A stretch of DNA of 64,000 nucleotides from Candidatus Thorarchaeota archaeon (GTDB lineage Archaea; Asgardarchaeota; Thorarchaeia; Thorarchaeales; Thorarchaeaceae), in NCBI GenBank assembly GCA_004524445.1, contig SDNP01000006.1, positions 1 through 64,000 on the forward strand. The letters are read 5' to 3'. Position numbers and translations under genes: made by a program. Positions 40,294 through 49,261 of this stretch are shown here, piece after piece. The notes beneath the pieces are model-generated. The model saw only the letters and a list, made by a program, of their open reading frames with translations, had not been told where the DNA came from and made no database searches. Within the stretch, counting starts at the first letter, position 1. The number at the start of each line of letters is the position of its first letter.

Positions 40294-41373
40294 ATGTCAC
40301 TTGCTCGACAGAAACTGAAGAGGAAGATTGAGCAGTTGAAAGAATATCAGGGTCGACACAGCTCCTTCACTACTCTTTATGTTCCCCCAACAAAGAGCCT
40401 GACCGATGTCATCAGCTTTGTCAGGGATGAGCTTGCTGGCGCAGAGAACATAAAAAGCAAAACGAATCGGAAGAATGTTTCTGATAATCTGACTGCGATT
40501 CTTAGTGAGTTAACAAGAATCGGGCAAATGCCGGACAACGGGCTTGCTTTCTTCTTTGGGATTGAAGAAGAAGGAGGTACAGATGAGGAGATTAGAGAGA
40601 TTGTTGTTCCTCCGATGCCAATCTCACAATTCAACTATGTATGTGGCAGGGAATTTGATACAAGCGAACTGGAAGCCATGACGGTCCCAAAGAGCCTTGT
40701 TGTGATAGTTCTCATAGAGGGCGGAAAGGTAACGATAGGTTATCTCCGCGGAAAAAGCATCGAGCTAGTGCGCGACGAAGATTTTTACATCATTGGCAAG
40801 ACACGAGCTGGTGGGCAGAGTGCAAAACGGTACCAGCGTATTCGTGATGAGAAAATCCACGAATTCTACAAGTATGTAGCAAACATGCTTGAGGAACTTC
40901 TTGTCGAGAATATTGATAATGTTGATGCTATTGTTCTGGGCGGAAACACAATCCGGGCACAGGAATTTCTTGAGAAGGGTGGCCTAGACTATCGATTGAA
41001 GGAGAAGATTGCGGATAACATCATATCTGTTGGGATGGTTGATGAATCAGGTCTCTATCAAGCTGTGAAAGAGGCATCTCGAATAATGCGAGAAACCGAG
41101 ATTTACGAAGAACGACACGCCTGGGACGAGTTCATGGAATCACTGATGAAGGGTGATAGAACGGCAACTTATGGCGAGGAAGAGGTTCTAAGGGCTCTGC
41201 GCAACGGGCGAGTGGAAACTCTAATGATTACAGAAGACAAAACAGAGTTAATCGACGAAATATATGATGAATTGGAGAAGTTCGGGACCGATTTGATGAT
41301 ATTTACACCCCAGACCGAATCAGGTGCTCAGCTGCAGAACTTTGGAGGCATCGCAGCCAATCTGCGATGGTAA
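40294..41373 (+). CDS. prf1: Peptide chain release factor aRF1 (compact form)
   Basis: NIKS, YVCGREF (YxCxxxF) and GGQS motifs; C-terminal FGGIAANLR. Confidence 0.88.
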   Translation: MSLARQKLKRKIEQLKEYQGRHSSFTTLYVPPTKSLTDVISFVRDELAGAENIKSKTNRKNVSDNLTAILSELTRIGQMPDNGLAFFFGIEEEGGTDEEIREIVVPPMPISQFNYVCGREFDTSELEAMTVPKSLVVIVLIEGGKVTIGYLRGKSIELVRDEDFYIIGKTRAGGQSAKRYQRIRDEKIHEFYKYVANMLEELLVENIDNVDAIVLGGNTIRAQEFLEKGGLDYRLKEKIADNIISVGMVDESGLYQAVKEASRIMRETEIYEERHAWDEFMESLMKGDRTATYGEEEVLRALRNGRVETLMITEDKTELIDEIYDELEKFGTDLMIFTPQTESGAQLQNFGGIAANLRW

Positions 41374-41377
41374 TGCC

Positions 41378-41788
41378 TCATTTTGGCGGTTCCGGCAGAT
41401 CCGTAAGCGTTTCGATATCTATTATCCAGTTGTTTAGTGTTTCAGATATTTCATTCATGTATTTCATCAGCTGGTCATGAAATTTAGTCAAGTGCTCTTG
41501 AGGAAGTTTTGATGATTTCTTCTTGAAATCACTCACACGTTTAGGCAGCCCAGCCTTCCATTTCTTGAGACTCAGTGTTACTTTCCTGTCTTTGAGAACT
41601 TTTCTTGCAACTCGAGATTCCAGCCTAAGTTCGAGCAATTCTTTTGTGGTGGTTTGGATGCTGATTGCTGCCACAACCAGCTCTTTCACATCTGCCTTGG
41701 TATCTTTGTTCCTGGTTCTATAGTATATTTCTTTGAGATCCCTCTTCGCAGAGAGTACATCACTCAGGAAAGTTCTCAGCTCTTTCAT
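41378..41788 (-). CDS. Basic all-helical hypothetical protein
   Basis: ORF with a GTGAAGAGGT SD-like site, 18 nt after the Cas4-like gene. Confidence 0.65.
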   Translation of the reverse strand: MKELRTFLSDVLSAKRDLKEIYYRTRNKDTKADVKELVVAAISIQTTTKELLELRLESRVARKVLKDRKVTLSLKKWKAGLPKRVSDFKKKSSKLPQEHLTKFHDQLMKYMNEISETLNNWIIDIETLTDLPEPPK

Positions 41789-41806
41789 ACCTCTTCACTA
41801 TCCCTA

Positions 41807-42490
41807 TCAGTCATTACTCTTTTGCTTTGCTTTCGACCACCTACAGAGCTGCTTTGATGCATATGGACATGTGCTGCATTTATGGGGATTTGGCGAAGCT
41901 TTAGGCTCTCTTCCCTCGAACCAATACGGATCCAACTTTTCAAGATTCATCATGGTTTGCTTGGGCGAGAAGCTATCTTCGAAAACTGCACTTTTGTCAC
42001 AACTCAGGCAAAATGCCATTGACCTATTGTGCTGACATTTCATTGCATCTGCCTGGCGACAATATATTACAACAACCTTCGTTGTGCCACAACTCACACC
42101 TGAATCCATCAATGCAAGTGCATACAGCGATGTTTGAAAGACGTCATAATGATGAGCTCTACTCGGAAGATGAGCTGAGGGAAATTTCCTCTCAAAAACG
42201 ACATCCAGAATGGCTGAATCTTCCCAATGCAGAATTGCCATATCGAACCTTCCTTTGAATCGCTTGGAAATCGAATAGACACTCTCCTCTGTAAAGACGA
42301 AATAGTCACCCGCTCTCGTTTCTAATGGCTTCTTCGTAATGAATTGCTTCAAAGACGTTTGGGTGACTGATGACTGTTTAACGAGCTTGGTTAGCTTGCT
42401 GGGTCTGCCATGAATCAACCCGTGGATGGCAACTAATGATAGCACCAAGAATATCAGGAACATGAGAGAGTGGGAAATTGCATCAAGCAT
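41807..42490 (-). CDS. Cas4-like PD-(D/E)XK nuclease, C-terminal part, with an N-terminal TM helix
   Basis: EESV..KGRFD..FERK..QTSLY RecB-like motifs; C-terminal KCSTCPY....LC; N-terminal hydrophobic helix. Confidence 0.78.
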   Translation of the reverse strand: MLDAISHSLMFLIFLVLSLVAIHGLIHGRPSKLTKLVKQSSVTQTSLKQFITKKPLETRAGDYFVFTEESVYSISKRFKGRFDMAILHWEDSAILDVVFERKFPSAHLPSRAHHYDVFQTSLYALALMDSGVSCGTTKVVVIYCRQADAMKCQHNRSMAFCLSCDKSAVFEDSFSPKQTMMNLEKLDPYWFEGREPKASPNPHKCSTCPYASKQLCRWSKAKQKSND

Positions 42491-42491
42491 C

Positions 42492-42746
42492 TCAGAACAC
42501 TATCCAGAAGAATGCGACTAGAATCGCTATGAAAAGAAACAACCACCGAATAGAATTCCCTCTATCAGGTGAGAAGGATGAGCTATTCGTTGCATTTTCA
42601 TGTAATAAAGTACCCGTCACTCCTGATGCCAATTGAGCTGACCCATATTTCCTTCTCAAATGCAGACGATATTCACAAATGAGTTGAACCTTGAGTTCAG
42701 AAACGGTTCGATACTCATCTGGATAATTCATAGATGAGCTTCTCAT
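42492..42746 (-). CDS. Cas4-like N-terminal fragment with a C-terminal TM helix
   Basis: TVSELKVQLICEYRLHL..GTLLHE matches the Cas4 N-terminal S...C...G...H pattern; ends in WLFLFIAILVAFFWIVF. Confidence 0.7.
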   Translation of the reverse strand: MRSSSMNYPDEYRTVSELKVQLICEYRLHLRRKYGSAQLASGVTGTLLHENATNSSSFSPDRGNSIRWLFLFIAILVAFFWIVF

Positions 42747-42794
42747 GGGCTTTCCACTGAAGTTGTACCAGTCTCACACTCAAAAACTGCACAC

Positions 42795-43973
42795 TTATTC
42801 CTTGATGAAAAATATTAACGGAATACTTGACAGAACAAAAATCAGTGGTACAATCAAAGCATTCTGTAAGCCAACACCCGGAATGTCTGCAACATACCCT
42901 GTTATGAGTGGACCAATTGTCCCACCAAAGAAAGCAAAAATTGCGGAGATTCCAAAGAGTCTTCCTTCCATGCCGTCTGGAATGACTTTGGCATATACAG
43001 CTCTAGATATGCTCAAGTTTCCCCCTAGTGCGAATCCCGCTATCGAGGCCACTATTGGATTGGGCAGTATTCCCCCACCGAATAGGACGGCTGCAATCCC
43101 TACACTCCAAAGCGCTAAATTCAGCCCGAGGACCTTCACAAGCCCGATTCGGTCCCCCAATTTGCCATGGAAAAAGGCCCCCAACAATGCACCAGGCAAT
43201 GCCATAGCTAAGAAAAGAGTGGCATTAGTGGCGGCTATTTGTAAAATATCTACCGCAATCAATGAGGCAAAGGTTACAATAGTGGAAACTGCATCGCCCC
43301 AGAGTATTGAGGCAATCAGGAACACTGCAACGGATCTATTACTACGAATCTCATTCAGAGTTCTTGATATTCCAGCGACGAGATTCCTCTCAAGCTTCTG
43401 TTCTCTACTAGTATCTTCTAGATAAACTGCGGGGATAATTGAAAACGTCATCAGGAAGACGGCGATGAAGAGAAGTGCACTTGCTCTCCCTACTACTGTT
43501 TCTATTATCACTGATCCGCCTGCTCCTAATGCGCCTCCAAGGTATCCAAGTAAAATACCAAATCCCGATGTTTCTCCTAGTTTAAATTCCTCAGCTTCAG
43601 CCGCTAGAAACGAATTTGCTCCGATCCACCCTGTTTGTATAGCGGTTGACATCACTCCAAATGCAAGAATTATACGGAAAAGTGAGTTGGAAATGCCCAT
43701 GGTCACAATAGCAATCGATGCAACTAGTGAGGAGAAAAACAAAATCCCGCGTCTGAGTCTAGTGCTATCTTCACTGAAATCAATGAAATTTCCCACAACT
43801 GGAGTCCAAAAAGCTGCCACCACTCCCGTTATTAGTGGCAACCCCCCAACCAGAAGATTCGTGCCACCTTGAGAAATAATGATGAGAGGGAGATACATAG
43901 AATTGACCGCAAAGGCAACTGGTGTCGTTGCGAAGTCATAGAATGCCCAGGCGACTTTCTGCTGCCTCTTCAT
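42795..43973 (-). CDS. MFS transporter (Atg22/UMF1-like)
   Basis: WAFYDFA N-terminus, about 12 TMs, GKLGDRIG, SRAVYAKVIP. Confidence 0.85.
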   Translation of the reverse strand: MKRQQKVAWAFYDFATTPVAFAVNSMYLPLIIISQGGTNLLVGGLPLITGVVAAFWTPVVGNFIDFSEDSTRLRRGILFFSSLVASIAIVTMGISNSLFRIILAFGVMSTAIQTGWIGANSFLAAEAEEFKLGETSGFGILLGYLGGALGAGGSVIIETVVGRASALLFIAVFLMTFSIIPAVYLEDTSREQKLERNLVAGISRTLNEIRSNRSVAVFLIASILWGDAVSTIVTFASLIAVDILQIAATNATLFLAMALPGALLGAFFHGKLGDRIGLVKVLGLNLALWSVGIAAVLFGGGILPNPIVASIAGFALGGNLSISRAVYAKVIPDGMEGRLFGISAIFAFFGGTIGPLITGYVADIPGVGLQNALIVPLIFVLSSIPLIFFIKE

Positions 43974-44083
43974 TGCTTGCTCGTATTCGATTTCATTAAT
44001 GGTCCATAAAAGAAGTACGATTCATTTCTGCTTGCAGTGTTCCAGCCCGATGAGTCTGCAAGCCATCCTCAAAAAATCCTTTT

Positions 44084-45067
44084 ATGCTTGGCTGGAAACT
44101 GGATACTCGTACAGGAGTTGACAATGTGTCGAGAAGCAGGGCTGTTTTTATTGCAGTACTGACCATCTTGGCGCTAAGTTATGCATGGCATAGTACGCTA
44201 GGAATCCGTACATCAGCCGGCAGTGGAAATCTTGCTCCTGGTGATTACAGGGTTGACTACTTATTTTCTGCTGAACCCAATAGTCAAATTTCTGGAGAAA
44301 TCATCGCAAATGATTCTGTTCAAATCTATATTTTGCATTCAAATCATTACACTGCCCCGGAGAATATCTCCGAGCTCCAGTGTCAGGTTTGCGTACGGTC
44401 GAGTTATTACCTGATAGAATTTACTGCAGAAGAATCCGGCGATTGGGTTTTGGTTCTCGAAAATAGGGATGAGGACTATATTCACTACAATTTCACGTGG
44501 TCAAGTATACCAGTAGATGAACAACCTTTTATTGCGTTCGGCGTTACAGTCTTTCCCCTATTCACACTGGCTGTCGCTGCGTCATTCATTGTGGTTTCAT
44601 ATGAAGGATCTAATCGAGAAGAGATAGCACAAGAGAATTCCGGATTCAGAGCAGCCATAATAGGATCCATCATTGTGGTGTTAACATTCATTGCACCCCT
44701 TCTTGTGCTTATCTCTCCCTATTCGACAAATATCCAGTCTCCTCTCTGGGATTTGCGATTAAGTGACGGACTAGAATTTCGTTTTTGGGATTATACAAAT
44801 CCGTTTTCGTGGGTTTCGATTGTGCTTATGTATGGAATTGCGTTCTTCTTTCCGCATGTGGTGACTTTGTATTACCAAGGACGTACTTCTGCGATGAATG
44901 TATTCATTATGGGACTGATTTCAACATCCCTGCTGATTGTTTCCTTTATTATGAGTTTCATCACATCTGCACCCGTCTTCATTATACCTATTCCAATTAG
45001 CGTCTTAGTGGGTTTGCTTCTAGTTCAATTCTACAAATTGCCACAGACAGATGATCAAATCTTCTAG
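44084..45067 (+). CDS. Membrane protein with an extracellular beta-sandwich (GOLD/p24-like) and multiple C-terminal TMs
   Basis: Signal/TM, beta-rich domain ending FTAEESGDWVLVLEN, then about 5 TMs. Confidence 0.55.
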   Translation: MLGWKLDTRTGVDNVSRSRAVFIAVLTILALSYAWHSTLGIRTSAGSGNLAPGDYRVDYLFSAEPNSQISGEIIANDSVQIYILHSNHYTAPENISELQCQVCVRSSYYLIEFTAEESGDWVLVLENRDEDYIHYNFTWSSIPVDEQPFIAFGVTVFPLFTLAVAASFIVVSYEGSNREEIAQENSGFRAAIIGSIIVVLTFIAPLLVLISPYSTNIQSPLWDLRLSDGLEFRFWDYTNPFSWVSIVLMYGIAFFFPHVVTLYYQGRTSAMNVFIMGLISTSLLIVSFIMSFITSAPVFIIPIPISVLVGLLLVQFYKLPQTDDQIF

Positions 45068-45193
45068 TAAAATGATAGTTAGGTTGGGAGCGAACTAGGT
45101 TCATTGGATGTGCATGCGAGCACATAAGAAAGCTTTACTAATCAATTATTCATCTTAGCTGATGTAACGGTCAGTGAGGGAATGTGACATCGA

Positions 45194-47017
45194 ATGCAAT
45201 CGTCCAGAAGAAAACGGTATCTTGCGTTTGCGTCAATGCTGCTAATCATAGTTTCAGCCATATTGCCAACTCTTGTATTGTCACAAGAACTCGAAGCGAA
45301 TCGGAAGGTGGGACCTTATCTCGATAAGATTGTCTACAGCGTGATTCAGGAGGAGGAAGAACAGATTCTAGCGCTGCAAAATGATGAAGTTGATCTGGTC
45401 GGTGATATGATTAGCCCAGAATCTCTCAACTTGCTCAGTGAGTCAGAATACATTGAAGTTGCTGAGGTGTTGAGGAATGGTTATGGCTATCTCACTATAA
45501 ACTGCTATAAATATCCATTCAATATTACTGCCTTCCGACGAGCTTTTGCCTTTGCCCTCGACAAAGAGGCAATTTCTGATGACGCATGGGATGGGCTGTC
45601 CTATCCCCAAGATAGCGTCGTTCCACAGGTGAATCCGTTTTCAATCGAGGGTCAAATGTCCTATAACTACTACGAGGATCGTGCTGATATTGGAAATCAG
45701 TTCCTTGAAGATGCTGGTTTTCTAGATATAGATGCAGATGCGTTCAGAGAAGCTCCCGACGGAAGTAATCTAAGCGTAATCATTGAAGTTGCCGTTTCGT
45801 CTGACATAGCAATTGCTGTTGGTGAATATGCGGAAGATGCACTTCATTCTTTGAGCATTGATGCAGAATGTGTACCCACTGACTTCTACGAGTATTTCGT
45901 CCCGTGGTTGCCATGGTCTGACAATTATGATATTGTCTTCAGAGGACAGGATTTTGACAACTATGATGTGGATTGGCTGGCTTACGAATTCTGGTCAGAA
46001 AATGCATATGGGGACTATTACAACCTGCCAAGATTTCAGAATGCATCTTATGATGCTTGGAGAAGCCAATTGATTAATGGCACCACATATGATGAAGTCT
46101 ATGAAGCCGCCACTGAAATGCAGAAGATACTCTTGTATGAATGCCCTATTATCGTCTGTTATGAAAACATCTTCCTCTCGGCTTATCGAACGGACAAGCA
46201 TGAAGGCTTTGTGAATGACTTCAGCGAAGGTATTCCCTGTTTTTGGACCAATTACCGCGTACATATGAGAACAGGTCCCAATGAGCATTCCGGTGGTACT
46301 CTGCGTTGGAGTAACCCTCTTGATGTTAACTCATTCAATTTCATGGTCACCTCATCAAAATACTCTATGAATGTTCTTGAGATGCTTTATGATAGCCTGA
46401 TAAGAGTGGATAAGAACGGCAGGGACATATTATGGCTGGCTGGCTCCTACCAAATTGAAACCCATGATGACGATTCAGCAATACCCGACGGGCATAGCAG
46501 ATTTACATTCGATATCATTAAAGGGGCGACGTGGAGTGATGGCACTGTCTTGACAGCCTCGGATGTTGCGTTTTCGCTGAACTACTACCGCGACTCACCG
46601 GGAAATCCGTATGGCTTTGACTTGTCGCATATGACCGCTGCATATTCGCCTAGTACCTATTCGCTAGTAGTTGAGTTTAACACTGAATCGTACTGGCATC
46701 TGCATTCTGTTGCATACAAGCCAGTGCTTCCAATGCATATCTTTGAAGAGATTGGTCTTGAGGGTTGGAATACTTGGTCTCCGCGACCGCCAGATGATGA
46801 GATGGTTCTATCTGGCCCATTTAACGTATCTGATTACGTTGCAGGGGAATTTGTTGAGCTATCAAGGAAAACAGACTACTTCTATTCGAAAGAGGACCCA
46901 CGGGTCCAACCCTCAAGTCCTTTTGATATGCATTTCATTATGTCGAGTGTTCTGGCGCTGGCCGTTGGTGTCGGTGCCATTGGACTATATGAACTCAAAC
47001 GTCGCAGAGAATACTGA
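45194..47017 (+). CDS. ABC transporter substrate-binding protein, family 5 (OppA/DppA-like), circularly permuted
   Basis: FRRAFAFALDK, GGTLRW, WSDG..LTASDVAFS and GPF motifs; signal peptide plus C-terminal TM. Confidence 0.88.
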   Translation: MQSSRRKRYLAFASMLLIIVSAILPTLVLSQELEANRKVGPYLDKIVYSVIQEEEEQILALQNDEVDLVGDMISPESLNLLSESEYIEVAEVLRNGYGYLTINCYKYPFNITAFRRAFAFALDKEAISDDAWDGLSYPQDSVVPQVNPFSIEGQMSYNYYEDRADIGNQFLEDAGFLDIDADAFREAPDGSNLSVIIEVAVSSDIAIAVGEYAEDALHSLSIDAECVPTDFYEYFVPWLPWSDNYDIVFRGQDFDNYDVDWLAYEFWSENAYGDYYNLPRFQNASYDAWRSQLINGTTYDEVYEAATEMQKILLYECPIIVCYENIFLSAYRTDKHEGFVNDFSEGIPCFWTNYRVHMRTGPNEHSGGTLRWSNPLDVNSFNFMVTSSKYSMNVLEMLYDSLIRVDKNGRDILWLAGSYQIETHDDDSAIPDGHSRFTFDIIKGATWSDGTVLTASDVAFSLNYYRDSPGNPYGFDLSHMTAAYSPSTYSLVVEFNTESYWHLHSVAYKPVLPMHIFEEIGLEGWNTWSPRPPDDEMVLSGPFNVSDYVAGEFVELSRKTDYFYSKEDPRVQPSSPFDMHFIMSSVLALAVGVGAIGLYELKRRREY

Positions 47018-47235
47018 ATCTATTCTCCCTTATCGCTTACAATGACAACTTGGAGAGCAGAGTTTTGCCCCAAACACAAATATGAGCAAGTTTTCCATTC
47101 TCTTTTCAGGTTTCCGAGGTAGTTTCCCTCCAAGCATATCTAAACGAGAGAACTTTATTTATGAGATGCCTTACATATCAAACGCTGAAAATGCCTTGAG
47201 TATCAAGGTCATGGGGACTTCAAGCAGGTGATCAA

Positions 47236-47661
47236 ATGTCACAAAAGGAAAATTACGATGGCGCAACGGCAGGAAAGGTATTAGTTTTTGATGAAAGTGA
47301 AACGGTCAGTTTCCCTAAAAAGTTCAAAGAGGCCATGGGAACAGGTAAAGGCTTGATGGTACTCGTACATAAAGATCGTCTCATCAAGATTTTTCCGCTT
47401 GAGTCTGATAAGGTAAGCTATCTCAGTCTTGAAATCGGGAAGCTCACCAATGACTTCCTTACTAAGCTATCTCAAATATTCAAGAAATCAGGACTTGTGG
47501 ACCTGCTGTTTTCAACTGGCGTCTGTCTTAGAGGGACTCGATGTTTTTACGAATGCTATTTTGACCCAGAACAACTTGGAGTGACGGAAGATGAGCTGAA
47601 TTCCTCGTTGTCAGAACTAGCTGGAGTCAAGAAAGTCATCATGGAGAGCGTCAAGAAATAA
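47236..47661 (+). CDS. Hypothetical protein, possibly an AbrB-like N-terminus plus ACT-like domain
   Basis: DESETVSFPKKFKEAM..IKIFP then a beta-alpha-beta ACT-like pattern; CAGGTGA SD. Confidence 0.55.
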   Translation: MSQKENYDGATAGKVLVFDESETVSFPKKFKEAMGTGKGLMVLVHKDRLIKIFPLESDKVSYLSLEIGKLTNDFLTKLSQIFKKSGLVDLLFSTGVCLRGTRCFYECYFDPEQLGVTEDELNSSLSELAGVKKVIMESVKK

Positions 47662-47753
47662 GTCCAATATAGTCCTCCAAATTGGCATATCATGATGAAC
47701 ACTGGAATTTGATTAGATAGTCCAGTTCAAAGGGGTATTGCTAACCACTCCCT

Positions 47754-48060
47754 TTAGTCTGATTTCTCACCCCTTCGCAATTTCCTCAGAAGAAGAGAAG
47801 CAGTCTGATTCAGTGAGACCCCTTCGAAGAAATACAACTCCCACAGATGACACGCCTCCCAATAGAACAAGGGCAGTTGGAATTCCCACAAAGGAGATTA
47901 CCCATCCAAACAGAGTTATTTGAGGCATCGCTAGAAGAAGTATCACTGTCGGTAGTAAGGAATATACACTGTTTCTGTTCCTATTGGGGATATCATTTCA
48001 TTTGTCTTGGGGCGATTCTACACAAGGAAGAGTCCACCAATGGCAATAATCCGAATATTA
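47754..48060 (-). pseudogene. Relic of an MFS transporter C-terminus, paralogous to 18286..19743
   Basis: The - strand reads DIPNRNRNSVYSLLPTVILLLAMPQITLFGWVI.., compared with DVIPNKIRNSLYSLSPTITVMIAIPQIAFFGWLI in the intact gene. No start; stops and frameshifts upstream. Confidence 0.75.
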
Positions 48061-48139
48061 TCTGATCGCTGTTTGGAAATTGACATTCGCATAGAATGGA
48101 TTATATCACCGAAATGCAGGACGGTTTCTTGGGACATAG

Positions 48140-48817
48140 GTGCTTGCGATGCAGGATTTGTATCAGTTCATAATCGACTTGATTCTGCTGGGATACCTAG
48201 GTCTATTCGTTGCCTGCTTCATCAGCAATATGGTCCCGTTTGTTTCGCCTTCAAATATGGTCCTCGCAGGTGTTGCTTCACTTTTGCTGCCAGCTTTGGG
48301 TTGGGTCCAGATTGGAATCATTGTGGCTATCGCAGCCACTCTTGCGAAGTTCATTCATTACTATGTAATTCGGACCTCAAGAGTTGTAATCTCTGAGGAA
48401 CGGCTTGAATCGATTGACCGAGAGAGAGAACGAGTAGAAAAGTGGGGCGGGCTGGCACTATTCATTGCTGCCGCATCTCCCATTCCGGATGACGCCATCA
48501 TCATATACACCGCCCTCACAAATTATAGCATTCCGAAATTCAACGTGAGTTATTTTGTGGGCAAGGCTTCTGTAACAGTAGCTGGAGCACTAATTGGGTA
48601 TACCGTCGGTGGGCTATTTGAGTCGGCTCCTATCGTGATAGCCTCTATTGCCTTTGCAGCACTTTTAACAGGCCTTCTTTTCAATAGGAGAAGAGGGGAC
48701 GAAGAATCGGAAATCGTAGAAGATGCCATGGAAGAGCACTTTCTTGATAATGAGGATGATGACTCCTCCAAGGAGGATGAAATTCAACCCGATGATACTC
48801 CAAGTGGTCCTTCGTAA
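48140..48817 (+). CDS. VTT/DedA (SNARE-associated Golgi) family membrane protein
   Basis: GLFVACFISNMVPF, FIAAASPIPDD and YFVGK patterns; acidic tail. Confidence 0.75.
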   Translation: MLAMQDLYQFIIDLILLGYLGLFVACFISNMVPFVSPSNMVLAGVASLLLPALGWVQIGIIVAIAATLAKFIHYYVIRTSRVVISEERLESIDRERERVEKWGGLALFIAAASPIPDDAIIIYTALTNYSIPKFNVSYFVGKASVTVAGALIGYTVGGLFESAPIVIASIAFAALLTGLLFNRRRGDEESEIVEDAMEEHFLDNEDDDSSKEDEIQPDDTPSGPS

Positions 48818-48865
48818 GTCTTAAGTGGTTCAGATGGAGGAGCTTCTTGTCAAGGTGAAAATCCT

Positions 48866-49261
48866 ATGCCCGGGACTAGCACGACTGAAGTAGATTGCGT
48901 AAAATGCCAGACCACGTATGAGGCTGATGTAATAGAGCACATCGACCTCTCAGAAGAACGCGACATGATTCGGGCACTAAGAACGGGCAAAGTGAATCGA
49001 GTCCAATGTCCAAAATGCAGAAAGGTCATGTATTTGGACCGAAGTGTGGTTATTAACTTTGAGCCAGACAACTTGATTGTGGTGTACGATCCAAATGCAA
49101 CATCACCACGCGCGAAGAGTCAATTTGAGGAAGAATTCAGGAATGTCACCTCATTTGATGAAAACCTCTCCGAAGTTGCTGAAGACACTGACTTCAGAGT
49201 AATTTCTGATTTGGATGAACTCAAGCAGTTGCTGAAGGAGTACAAGAAAACCTATCTATAG
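48866..49261 (+). CDS. CpXC domain protein
   Basis: CVKC..IDL..L.G..N..CPKC pattern. Confidence 0.7.
   Translation: MPGTSTTEVDCVKCQTTYEADVIEHIDLSEERDMIRALRTGKVNRVQCPKCRKVMYLDRSVVINFEPDNLIVVYDPNATSPRAKSQFEEEFRNVTSFDENLSEVAEDTDFRVISDLDELKQLLKEYKKTYL

Noticed and set aside
41807-42746. CRISPR-Cas locus
   Set aside because: No cas1, cas2 or other cas genes and no repeat-spacer array are visible in the window.
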